From the NCBI GenBank assembly GCA_963719085.1, contig CAVRAL010000004.1:224001-288000 (forward strand): a DNA stretch of 64,000 nt. Direction: 5' to 3'. This stretch comes from a candidate division FCPU426 bacterium (GTDB lineage Bacteria; Oederibacteriota; Muellerivitia; Muellerivitales; Muellerivitaceae). The notes under the pieces are model-generated. The model was not told the origin of the DNA, ran no database searches, and saw only the letters and a program-made list of their open reading frames with translations. Both the position numbers and the translations under genes were made by a program. Positions 30,080 to 39,379 of the stretch are shown here, one piece after another (positions within the stretch are counted from its first letter, which is position 1; the number at the start of each line of letters is the position of its first letter).

Positions 30080-30108
30080 ATTACACCATAAGGTGTAATA
30101 TTAGGCAA
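30080..30108 (-). promoter_or_regulatory. sigma70 promoter with overlapping palindromic operator (probably leaderless arsR mRNA)
   Basis: TTGCCT-N17-TGTAAT-N6-ATG on the minus strand; perfect ATTACACC-N4-GGTGTAAT at 30080-30099. Confidence 0.7.
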
Positions 30109-30249
30109 GACGTTTTTAAAATTTATCCTTCTTTAATTTTACCGATTTTTGAACTGGATCAGAGTGGCCGGCCACAAGGGAACCCTGTGGCGCATCGAGA
30201 CTTCGTCTCGATACTACCGTTTTGAAATTAAATTTTTTAAGGAGAAAAA

Positions 30250-30294
30250 TGGTGGGGCATCCTGGATTTGAACCAGGGACCAAGGCATTATGAG
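30250..30294 (-). pseudogene. 3' half of the host CAU tRNA, intron-less, at the left island junction
   Basis: Reverse complement CTCATAATGCCTTGGTCCCTGGTTCAAATCCAGGATGCCCCACCA; tRNA similarity stops at the anticodon loop. Confidence 0.92.
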
Positions 30295-30361
30295 GACCTA
30301 GCTCATGAAATAAAAAAGGCCCGTGTCATACGTAAAACCCTTTCACCGAAAGGAGTTTACC

Positions 30362-31552
30362 TTAAGCAGTGACCTGCTCGTTCTTCTTTTTAGCGGCACC
30401 TGTCATATTCCTGTCATTGAAATCAGTCGCCTTGCGCAAAGCCGCGCGGCGGTCTTCCCTATCCACACGGTCATACTTCCGAAACACCGCATGGGTCTTA
30501 TGGCCTGAAATCGACATAATGACCGAGTCGCTCACTCCCGCTTTTCTCAAGTTCGTAATCGCGCAATGCCTGAGATCGTGAAACTTAAAATTCTCAATCC
30601 CAGCGTTGCGGCACGCCCTTCTAAAAGCGGTCTTCACACTTTCCATACTTTGACCGCGCCAAGTGAAAACACAGGGATTGACCAGCCGTTTTTCCCTATC
30701 CGTTAAATCAGAATACGGCTTGCCCAGTTCCCCATTTGGATATTTTTCAATATCAAAACAGGGTAGCGTCTGGGGAATCTGCTTCAGGAGTTCCTGCATC
30801 TCCTCCATCAGCGGTATTTCCCGTCGTTCCTGCGTCTTGGTGTCCTCCGCTTCGAGGACAATCACCCCATTCTTGAAGTCCACCTGATCCCAACGCAACT
30901 TCAAGATTTCACCACACCGCATGGCCGTCAAATAAGCCAGCCTTACAATGGGCTTCAAATGCCCCGAACAGTTTTCCAAGAGCTTTTGATACTCTTCCGG
31001 GTCCAACGTCCGGTTCCTAAAAAAGGGTTTGAATTTCTTCACCCCCTGAATTGGGTCCCATTCGATCATCCGGTTCAAAACCGCCCGATGCATCAGGGCT
31101 TTCAAAATGGCGATATCTAGGTTCAGCGTGGCGTCTGAAACCACTTTATCAGGCCGGTTTCGGTGTCCCTTTTCCCTTCGGCGGACCAAATAAGCTTCCA
31201 CCAAATCCGAACTAAAACTGTCCAAGGGACGATCACCAAAAAACTCCTTGAACCATTTCATCCGGTAGGTATCCCGAAGGTAGCTTTTCTTTCTGGCCTT
31301 TGAATAAGCCAAATAGGAATCCACCGCCGCGAAAAAACCAACCTTCGGTTTATCCGGAGCCAAATACTTCTGCTCCGCCATATCCCCCATGTTCTGGGCC
31401 AAAATCTTCTTGGCTTGCGACAAAGGAATCTGTCCCAACCGAACCCTTTTTCTTTTCTTCAGTCCCTTTTCCTGGACGAAATAATCCAGAAAATAACCCG
31501 CCTCATCCTTTCTCAGATGTTGCGGCAATCCATGAACATTAGGCTTAGCCAT
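30362..31552 (-). CDS. tyrosine recombinase/integrase (island integrase)
   Basis: AMRCGEI, KTQERR, FHDLRH, SGHKT...KY catalytic set; 3' end 68 bp from the att core. Confidence 0.93.
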   Translation of the reverse strand: MAKPNVHGLPQHLRKDEAGYFLDYFVQEKGLKKRKRVRLGQIPLSQAKKILAQNMGDMAEQKYLAPDKPKVGFFAAVDSYLAYSKARKKSYLRDTYRMKWFKEFFGDRPLDSFSSDLVEAYLVRRREKGHRNRPDKVVSDATLNLDIAILKALMHRAVLNRMIEWDPIQGVKKFKPFFRNRTLDPEEYQKLLENCSGHLKPIVRLAYLTAMRCGEILKLRWDQVDFKNGVIVLEAEDTKTQERREIPLMEEMQELLKQIPQTLPCFDIEKYPNGELGKPYSDLTDREKRLVNPCVFTWRGQSMESVKTAFRRACRNAGIENFKFHDLRHCAITNLRKAGVSDSVIMSISGHKTHAVFRKYDRVDREDRRAALRKATDFNDRNMTGAAKKKNEQVTA

Positions 31553-31955
31553 ACTTCCCCCTAATGTCCCCAGCGAAAACATTCTAGCAGGGGAACATTG
31601 CTTTTGCGAAAGCTATCAAAATTCCGATTTCTACAACACGGGTGTTAATCACCGTGTTAAAAATCAAACAAACTCCCTGGAGTGATTAAAACTACTCGGG
31701 CAAGCCATAAACAAAAACAGCAATTTTTGCGGTATTGTCGGACGAGGGAGAGAAGAAAAAAACGTGCTTATCTACCCGTATTATTTGAAATAGATTTTGA
31801 CGATGGATTGGTGAATTTAACTTGTTGCGGTAGGTAAGACTGCGGAACAGATTGCCAGCACACTCTTTCGTATTTATGCATCCGGTCTGATAGATCAGAG
31901 TGCGCTGGCTCTTAATTTAAAAAGTAATCAAAATATAAAACACAAATCGTTCTAA

Positions 31956-32750
31956 TTAATCAAAATTTGATGAGTCACGTTCCTCTTCAAAGACCCAAAG
32001 TAAAGAAAGCGCCGAAGTAGAATCACCTAATCTAATTGCTTGTTCAGATACCGACACGCTCAACTTATCCGGAAGCTCAGAAAACCAATTATCATAAAAT
32101 ATCTTTTGCATCGATGTTTCTTGCAAGTTATTTTTAATGCAGTTAAAAGCCATCGTCTTCTGTTTTAATTCCCATTGACGTTCTATAAATAATTTAGACT
32201 TATTCTTTTTCCACCAAACAACTTTCAAATCTTTTGAATATACGAGAAAACAATTTTCCTTAGTTGCATCAATAAACCTGAGAGCCGTGGCAGTAAACGA
32301 AGTATCAAAAACACTGGACAACTTTTTGATAGATGCAATTCCCGGTTCTAAAGAACGACATATGGGAAAAAATAGATTTCTTGGCATAAGTACTTCGGCA
32401 GCAAAAATATTCGCTTCCGTTTCAATCGAATCTTCTTCATTAACCGCCATCATATCTTTGTCATTGCAGATACTTGAAAATTTACTATCACGGTGCATTT
32501 TCCAATGACCAAGTTCATGGGCTACGGCGAAACGTTTTCTTCGAGGATCATCATTGGCGTTTATAGTAACAATTCCATTTTCGCCATTTTGAACTAACCT
32601 AGCATCAGCACCTCTAATAACTCCTTCTCGAACAATCAATCCTTGGTCCATTGCGATGTCTTCGATTCTTATATCTTCTGGCGTTTCAAATGAATACCGA
32701 TCAATAAACTTAGATGCTTCAATATGAGCCCGAGTTATATCAGCCTTCAT
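31956..32750 (-). CDS. ImmA/IrrE family metallopeptidase
   Basis: RKRFAVAHELGH (HExxH), ETEANIFAAEVLMP, FDTSFTA. Confidence 0.9.
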   Translation of the reverse strand: MKADITRAHIEASKFIDRYSFETPEDIRIEDIAMDQGLIVREGVIRGADARLVQNGENGIVTINANDDPRRKRFAVAHELGHWKMHRDSKFSSICNDKDMMAVNEEDSIETEANIFAAEVLMPRNLFFPICRSLEPGIASIKKLSSVFDTSFTATALRFIDATKENCFLVYSKDLKVVWWKKNKSKLFIERQWELKQKTMAFNCIKNNLQETSMQKIFYDNWFSELPDKLSVSVSEQAIRLGDSTSALSLLWVFEEERDSSNFD

Positions 32751-33192
32751 TGCTTCGCATCTTTCTTTGATGAATTTCTTCTAATAGCTTTAAATCTTTA
32801 AGAAGAGTAATCAAATCTTCATCGGCAAGATTTTCAAAATTTCTATAGTGCGCAGTTAGTAATTGGCGTCTGTCAGGCGAAATCGTCGAAACAAAATCGA
32901 TAAGCGCTTGTTTTACATTTGAAATATTTATTTCCAGATTCGATTCATTAGAAATAAACGTACTTTCGATTTCTTTTCTTTTGGCTTTTGCGGAATCCAA
33001 TTTTATTCTCGTGCAAATAACGTCGAATTGCCTACGCGCAATTTCCAAACGCGAATCAATATTAAAACCGTCTTCAACAAGCTCTTTACGAACTTCTTTA
33101 ATTGGCATCGATATTATTTCTTCAGGTTTTAGTTGAACAAAATCAAAAATGGATTGAAGCGTTTCTGTGTAATTTCTTTTTGTGTCGCTCAT
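32740..33192 (-). CDS. hypothetical helical protein between the sigma-like and ImmA genes
   Basis: Tightly coupled ORF with GAGGTG RBS; no recognised motif. Confidence 0.7.
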   Translation of the reverse strand: MSDTKRNYTETLQSIFDFVQLKPEEIISMPIKEVRKELVEDGFNIDSRLEIARRQFDVICTRIKLDSAKAKRKEIESTFISNESNLEINISNVKQALIDFVSTISPDRRQLLTAHYRNFENLADEDLITLLKDLKLLEEIHQRKMRSNEG

Positions 33193-33195
33193 GTT

Positions 33196-33822
33196 TCACC
33201 TCTCCGTTTCATTGGCTATAACGTTCAAATAATTTTCATCAATGATTTTCTGAAGTCGGCGATCAATCTGCTTTTTAAAGGCGGCGATTTGCTTATCACT
33301 TTTGCTCATTTGGTTAGCAATTTCAGCCGGTTTCAAATCATCTAAATATAATTCCAAAAACTTTATTAAATCGGCGTCATTTTCAATCACGACAAATAGT
33401 TTTGTCAGAATATCGCCACTAATTTTTTCAATTTCTTGTCGTTGGGTGTCAGTTAGCGGATTTGAAGAAATCTGTTCGAATACGTCTTCAACCTTTGAAT
33501 GAACTTCGCCTTCTTCATCATAAAAAGGTTTTTTAATATGGTTGTTATCTTCGTCTACCTGCAAGTTCCAAACTTCGCTTTTGACCATTTTGAATAAGAC
33601 TGGCAATAAATCAGGATACTTTTCTTGATTCCAATTTCTATCTCCACTACTAACTTTTGCAAAAACGCGAACAACTATATCCTCGCCCTCTTCCCCGTTA
33701 GCGGGTATTCCACCGTACTTCCCTTGCCAAAACCTACGTCTAAGTAAACCGTTGGCATACTTGGATAGCCTGAGATACCAATCCTCGAAATTCGTTTGAA
33801 TTAGATCCATTGGATTAGGCAT
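33196..33822 (-). CDS. ECF sigma factor-like protein
   Basis: Region-2-like EDIVVRVFAKV...LFKMVKSEVWN; C-terminal HTH LKPAEIANQMSKSDKQI. Confidence 0.65.
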   Translation of the reverse strand: MPNPMDLIQTNFEDWYLRLSKYANGLLRRRFWQGKYGGIPANGEEGEDIVVRVFAKVSSGDRNWNQEKYPDLLPVLFKMVKSEVWNLQVDEDNNHIKKPFYDEEGEVHSKVEDVFEQISSNPLTDTQRQEIEKISGDILTKLFVVIENDADLIKFLELYLDDLKPAEIANQMSKSDKQIAAFKKQIDRRLQKIIDENYLNVIANETER

Positions 33823-34228
33823 TTTTGGCCAAAGTTCCCGTTGATTTGTTCATCCCATCATCCTCTCACACTACCTATATGCTAATTATTCGAACATTAT
33901 GCCGAAATAATCATTCGATTTATTTTCGGCATGTTTGGAAATTTCTTAGCAGTATATAGATAAGGGGATAAATCCCCAAAAATGGCTAAAACGATTAAAA
34001 GGAATCGCCAGTTTGAGCGAAAACATCTGAGTCGATACTGTATCGACGAATCGAACATCTCAACAAGAATATCGGCTTAAAACCTATATTTAGACTTTAT
34101 ATGTTCCCCTCCGATGACTTTCATTCTAACTTACCCGCCGCCCCTAGGCGGTTAATCATTCGGTTCCTAGATTGTTACGCCCACTCCGTGAAAACGTAGT
34201 GAAATTTCAGTTAATGGAGGTTTTGATT

Positions 34229-34342
34229 ATGAAAGTTGGAAATATTATTTTATTTGCCCTTGGAGTATTTCTTTTTGGTGCGCTTACCGGCGGAGCCTTT
34301 GTTCTCAAAACTATGCAACCTAAACAAAATCTGCTGAATTAA
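34229..34342 (+). CDS. 37-aa single-TM peptide
   Basis: Translated by hand: MKVGNIILFALGVFLFGALTGGAFVLKTMQPKQNLLN; GGAGG 8 nt upstream; stop adjoins the next gene's RBS. Confidence 0.6.
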   Translation: MKVGNIILFALGVFLFGALTGGAFVLKTMQPKQNLLN

Positions 34343-34352
34343 GGATATAAAA

Positions 34353-34787
34353 ATGGGATTTTTCGAATACGATTCAGATGATATCGCCCAAACAATTGAA
34401 CAATGGCAGGCCACAGGAACAACAGAAGAAGAATGCGAAGAATCACTGGGTAAATACCTAAACCAAAAATTTGAAAAACCAGTTTTTCACAGACAGTTCA
34501 CAATTGGAAAATCAAGAGCGGACATATACGTCCGATTCCCCGGTGGTGCCTCTGTCGCAATTGAACTAAAAAGCAATTTAACAGAACGGACAGAGTTTCA
34601 ACGTTTGATCGGTCAAATGTATGAATACTTAAATGTCAGCGATGTGGAACTAGTAGTTGTACTGTGCGGGGATGGCAATCCCGCTCTCGAAAAGATGGTT
34701 CGAGACGCAGTTGCTTTTTTTAACGAACATCACGAAAAGAAAGTTCGTTACGTTAAAAAGGGCGTCACCGCCTTATCAGTTAATTAA
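34353..34787 (+). CDS. PD-(D/E)XK restriction-endonuclease-fold protein
   Basis: E...RADIY...VAIELK...LIGQMYEY. Confidence 0.7.
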   Translation: MGFFEYDSDDIAQTIEQWQATGTTEEECEESLGKYLNQKFEKPVFHRQFTIGKSRADIYVRFPGGASVAIELKSNLTERTEFQRLIGQMYEYLNVSDVELVVVLCGDGNPALEKMVRDAVAFFNEHHEKKVRYVKKGVTALSVN

Positions 34788-34794
34788 TCCCGGG

Positions 34795-34828
34795 GAGCAA
34801 AACTTTGAATAAAAGTTTTGCTCTTCTT
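34795..34828 (+). terminator. hairpin/terminator upstream of the MBL operon
   Basis: GAGCAAAACTTT-GAATA-AAAGTTTTGCTC followed by TTCTT. Confidence 0.5.
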
Positions 34829-34896
34829 ACTCACCAAAAAATCAACTTATCTAAAAATGATTTATTGATTATTTAAAAAATAAGCGAGGTTATAAA

Positions 34897-36063
34897 ATGG
34901 ATTTTTCTAGAATTGGGCGCGGAGTAATTTATTGGCCTGTTGGTAGCGGTGACTCTTCCACAATCATCGTTGACGAAAACACTATCATACAAGTGGATAT
35001 TAACAAGCGAGCTGACTCAGAAGAAGAAAATACCCTTTATACAAATATTGTTGAAAAGCTTAGAACTTCATTGCGAAAAAAGGATGCAAAGCCCTATCTC
35101 GATGTGTTCGTATTAACTCATCCAGACCAAGATCATTGTAAAGGATTCGAAGAACTTCTTAAAAATGTGACCATAGGAGAGTTATGGTTCACACCGCGAG
35201 TTTTCAAAGAATTCAAAACCGATTTATGCGATGACGCAAAAGCGTTTCACACAGAAGCAGAACGTCGAATCAAAAAAATCATCCAAGAAAATGGCAACGT
35301 CACTTCAGGTAACCGCGTTAAATTATTTGGTTATGACGAGATAATTGGTAAAGGTGGTGATTACGAAGGTTTTCCAAAAGAGCTTTTGATCATACCTGGA
35401 ACATCTTTTAACTCGGTCGATGGGGTTTATCGAACTGAAGTTGACTTTTTTGCGCATAGCCCATTCAAAGATGATATGGACGGAGAACGAAATCACACCA
35501 GCCTTTCATTTCAAACCGTACTTAAAAAAGCCAATAAAGAACTAAAATTACTTCACTTCGGCGATTTGGCACACTTGCAATTAAAAAAGATTTTTGAAAA
35601 AACGAGCGATTCAGACAATCTTGGGTGGCACGTTTTGCTTGCTCCCCACCATTGTTCAAAATCAGCTATGTATCACTCCGAAGACGCGGATAGCGAAGAA
35701 ACTCTTCAAGCCGATTTCATTACCGGAATAACTAGCACCAAAGAGAAAGTTGCTTATATTGTTTCAAGTAGTGAAATTATCCCAGCAGACAATGACAAAG
35801 GCGATAATCCACCTCATGCCAAAGCGAAAAATCGTTATGTAGAAGTTGTAAACGAAAATTTCTTTTGCACTCATGAACACCCTGATGAAAAAAATCCAGA
35901 GCCAATAATCTTCAGATTGAACGATGACGGGAACATCGTTCCACCACAGCCGACAAAAAAAGAAAAAAAGGACCAAGGAAAATCTTTGGGAGCGAGTATC
36001 TTGACCGCCAGAGGGACAACTAATCAACCTCCCAAAAACCCAAGGCAATTTGGTCATGCTTGA
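34897..36063 (+). CDS. ComEC-like metallo-beta-lactamase-fold hydrolase with low-complexity tail
   Basis: PVGSGDS, LTHPDQDHCKG, HFGD, APHHCS; tail ...PPKNPRQFGHA. Confidence 0.85.
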   Translation: MDFSRIGRGVIYWPVGSGDSSTIIVDENTIIQVDINKRADSEEENTLYTNIVEKLRTSLRKKDAKPYLDVFVLTHPDQDHCKGFEELLKNVTIGELWFTPRVFKEFKTDLCDDAKAFHTEAERRIKKIIQENGNVTSGNRVKLFGYDEIIGKGGDYEGFPKELLIIPGTSFNSVDGVYRTEVDFFAHSPFKDDMDGERNHTSLSFQTVLKKANKELKLLHFGDLAHLQLKKIFEKTSDSDNLGWHVLLAPHHCSKSAMYHSEDADSEETLQADFITGITSTKEKVAYIVSSSEIIPADNDKGDNPPHAKAKNRYVEVVNENFFCTHEHPDEKNPEPIIFRLNDDGNIVPPQPTKKEKKDQGKSLGASILTARGTTNQPPKNPRQFGHA

Positions 36064-38266
36064 AAAACAACAGACAGCAGTTCAAGAACTAAGAGATATA
36101 GAATCAACATCTAATAATGGCATTGAGCTAGTAACATCGCCGCATTTCGATGTATCGACACAAACAACAGTTATGGAAATCTCTATCGATTGTTCAAGCT
36201 TTGAGATGCGCGGCAATAATCATTTGTCACTTTCTCAACGTGAACGAGTAGTGATATTTTTAGACAAGAATTATCCCTTTTCCATACCGATTGTTGCAGT
36301 TTTTCATAATAGATTCATTACTTCCGCACACGTTCAGTGGATGCGGGAATTTGAAAAATATAAGGCTGTACTACCCACAATTTGCCTATATCAATCACCA
36401 TCCAATGATTGGGAGCCAAGTGAAGGGATGTTTGGGCTTATGGATAGATTAGTAAAATGGTTTGCTCGCGGTGCCGTGGCAGAGCTTGATCTTCCCGGAG
36501 ACCCGATTCATGCTCCCCTTGCCTATTACAGTCAATCCAATCCTATTCGTATAGTTCTGAGCAAAAACGCTCCAACGGTTGGTAGAGAAAGTTGGATTGG
36601 ATATTTTAAATATAAACGCATTAAAGAAAACATTTACGAAGTCGTTGATTTCATTCAAGACACTGATATTGATGACAGTTGTGGCTTAGGTTGTGCTTTT
36701 TTATTACCTCACGAAACATTTTTTGAATTCCCCAATCAATTAGACCATTTAATAAAGCTCATAACAAACCACGGAAACATTAATCAATCCACGATTGCTT
36801 CTAATATGGCAAAAGTCCAAAATCGCATTGGAAAAAATTTTCCTTTATTTGTTATGGTAGGCTCACCGATGCGAGGAATTGCGGGCGAAGCAGAAAGAAA
36901 ACTGCATCTAGCCATCGGTGATATAAGTGCACAGGCCATAACAGACAAAACTGACTTAAACAGTATTAATTGGTGCAAATCTTACGAAAACCGTGAAGAA
37001 ATAATTATCAAAAGAGATAACTACTCAAATATCACTTCATTAAGAGATAAAAATATTTTACTTATCGGGGTTGGAGGTCTGGGAGGATATGCTGCCGAAT
37101 CAATCGTTCGTAGTGGAGCTAAAAAAATAACGGTAGTAGATTTCGGCGAAGTGCATCCAGGACTGTTATCAAGACAAAATTACACTCACGAAGATATTGG
37201 AAAACCAAAAGTCGAAGCAATCCGCGATAGAATTACCAAAGTAAATCCAAACTGCGAAGTAACAATTATCAATAACGATTTTCTGACGGTTGCCGATTCC
37301 ATTAAATTTGAAGATTTTGATTTCATCATTAATCTAAGCGCCTCAAATCCAATTAATCTATATTTTGAACAACTTTCGAAAACTAAAAGATTTCCAACTG
37401 TTGCAGTGGGACTTATAAGTGCCGATGCCAAAGTTTTGCTTGGAACAATATCCGACAAAACTTATATCGGCGGTCAAAAGCAATTACTTCGTAACTTTCA
37501 TATTCGAATGCTTTCTGATAGAGAATTAGAAGAAGTTACCAAGAAAATATGGCCTGAACCAGGCAATGAAAATAACTTTCAGCCAGAACCCGGTTGCTCT
37601 GAACCGACTTTTACCGGTTCTGCAACCGACATGCAATTCCTTTCGTCGTTTTTCATTAATCAAATTTCAGAATACTTCGGACAACAAAACACCACATCGG
37701 GCCGCTTATTTGGCATACATCAACCAACCAACGGAATTACAAAGACATGGAGTTTTTTCCCCGAATGTTATCAACAATTCGATATATCCGACAACGATGC
37801 TAAAGTTAGAATTTCATCAAAATCATTAGCACAATTAAAAAGCCATGTCGCAAAAGCACAAAAGTTACGTGGTTCATCTTGTGAAACAGGCGGCTTAATG
37901 TACGGAAGAGTTGAAAATGCTATCGATTTAATTTGGGTTGACGAATGTACCGATGCGCCAAGTAATAGTGAATTTTCCGCAAGTGGTTTTCATTGCGGGA
38001 CAAATGGAGTCGAAGAATTATCAAAAAAAATATCTAAAGCCACTAATGGAGAGAGTTGTTTCATTGGATATTGGCATACACATCCTAACGGGCCAACAAA
38101 GCCCAGTTTTACAGATTTACTTGCGGCATTTGAAACAGTTTCGACTTCCGGAGAAAATCTAAGACAAGTATTATTCATGATTATTAATCCGGACAATTTT
38201 TCATTTGATTTTTATTTCTTCGATCACGTTAACGGTCAATTAAGGATAGTCATTGTCAGAGAATAA
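36056..38266 (+). CDS. E2-E1(ThiF)-JAB fusion (Cap2-Cap3-like)
   Basis: E2 YPFSIP...AHV...ICLY; E1 GVGGLGG, VVDFG, SRQ, GKPKV, PEPGCSEPTF; JAB ETGG...WHTHPNGPTKPSFTD; ATG at 36056 overlaps the MBL stop. Confidence 0.88.
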   Translation: MLEKQQTAVQELRDIESTSNNGIELVTSPHFDVSTQTTVMEISIDCSSFEMRGNNHLSLSQRERVVIFLDKNYPFSIPIVAVFHNRFITSAHVQWMREFEKYKAVLPTICLYQSPSNDWEPSEGMFGLMDRLVKWFARGAVAELDLPGDPIHAPLAYYSQSNPIRIVLSKNAPTVGRESWIGYFKYKRIKENIYEVVDFIQDTDIDDSCGLGCAFLLPHETFFEFPNQLDHLIKLITNHGNINQSTIASNMAKVQNRIGKNFPLFVMVGSPMRGIAGEAERKLHLAIGDISAQAITDKTDLNSINWCKSYENREEIIIKRDNYSNITSLRDKNILLIGVGGLGGYAAESIVRSGAKKITVVDFGEVHPGLLSRQNYTHEDIGKPKVEAIRDRITKVNPNCEVTIINNDFLTVADSIKFEDFDFIINLSASNPINLYFEQLSKTKRFPTVAVGLISADAKVLLGTISDKTYIGGQKQLLRNFHIRMLSDRELEEVTKKIWPEPGNENNFQPEPGCSEPTFTGSATDMQFLSSFFINQISEYFGQQNTTSGRLFGIHQPTNGITKTWSFFPECYQQFDISDNDAKVRISSKSLAQLKSHVAKAQKLRGSSCETGGLMYGRVENAIDLIWVDECTDAPSNSEFSASGFHCGTNGVEELSKKISKATNGESCFIGYWHTHPNGPTKPSFTDLLAAFETVSTSGENLRQVLFMIINPDNFSFDFYFFDHVNGQLRIVIVRE

Positions 38267-39365
38267 AAGAATCGGACTATGTCTTTCCGGTGGCGGCTTT
38301 CGAGCGGTTGCTTTTCATTTGGGGTGCCTCCAAGGCCTTAATAACCTTGGATTGCTTAAACACATTCGATCAATATCCTGTGTTTCTGGCGGCTCAATCA
38401 TAGGCACGCTCTACACTCTGTACGGTCAAACAGACTTTTCAGAATTTGAAAAAAGAACCAAAAGAATGTTACAAACTAGGCTTGATCTTAAAATTGCCTA
38501 TAAACATATTTCTTCAGGGCGATTCTTATTCGATCTTTGTCAGTTGGGCACGTGTCTTCCAATACGATTTATTTCTCAAAAACTAAACTTCAATTTTGAA
38601 TTTCAAAGAAAATATAGTCTGACCGAATCACTCGTTAAGATATTTGATAAAGAATTTGATAAAAAACTTCTATCAAATCTTCAAAACTCTCCCATTGAAC
38701 TTATTATTAACGGGATTGAATTAAGAACATTTAGTGCAATTCGTTTCGGAGCTAAAAAAGCTGTTTGTTGGAGATTCGGCGAGATCGACCCTTCTCTAAT
38801 TTCGTTGGGAGAAGCCGTTGCTGTTAGTGCGGCTTATCCCCTGCTTTTACCTGCCTTAGAGCGAAAATACAGTTTTTCAAAAAAGGGAATAACCTACAAG
38901 GAAACTGTTTCTTTATCTGATGGCGGAACATATGACAATCTTGGACTCACACCATTTATAAGCACAAATGACTTCGCAGATAGTTATCCCCGACCCGAAT
39001 TAGACTACATTATTGCATGCGACGCCGCTCACGGACAGCTTCATCCACAAACATTGCCACACACACCCATTTCAAGATTACACGCCGCATTCAAATCGTT
39101 GATGAGTCGTTCTAGGCACTCTAACTTTAAAACTCTTCATAAGCTTAAAGAAGATGGTGACATAAAAGGTTTTTCATTAGCTTATTTAGGTCAACAAGAT
39201 GAAAGAATCCCAATTCCACCTATCGATTTAGTTCAGAAAAATCGTGTGGACTCATATCCAACAGATTTTAAAAAAATGAGTGACGACAATTTTGAAGTTC
39301 TAACTAAACGCGGCAGACAACTCACCGAATCTTTAACTACGCACTATTTACCAGAATTATTTTGA
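38253..39365 (+). CDS. patatin-like phospholipase
   Basis: LSGGGFRA, VSGGS nucleophile, SAAYP, DGGTYDN. Confidence 0.9.
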   Translation: MSENKRIGLCLSGGGFRAVAFHLGCLQGLNNLGLLKHIRSISCVSGGSIIGTLYTLYGQTDFSEFEKRTKRMLQTRLDLKIAYKHISSGRFLFDLCQLGTCLPIRFISQKLNFNFEFQRKYSLTESLVKIFDKEFDKKLLSNLQNSPIELIINGIELRTFSAIRFGAKKAVCWRFGEIDPSLISLGEAVAVSAAYPLLLPALERKYSFSKKGITYKETVSLSDGGTYDNLGLTPFISTNDFADSYPRPELDYIIACDAAHGQLHPQTLPHTPISRLHAAFKSLMSRSRHSNFKTLHKLKEDGDIKGFSLAYLGQQDERIPIPPIDLVQKNRVDSYPTDFKKMSDDNFEVLTKRGRQLTESLTTHYLPELF

Positions 39366-39379
39366 ACAATAAAAAATTG

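Noticed and set aside
31634..31661. GTGTTAA tandem upstream of the first integrase as the boundary of a nested element
   Set aside because: No matching site found near the second integrase
34897..39365. Canonical CBASS
   Set aside because: No CD-NTase motif in the operon or elsewhere in the island
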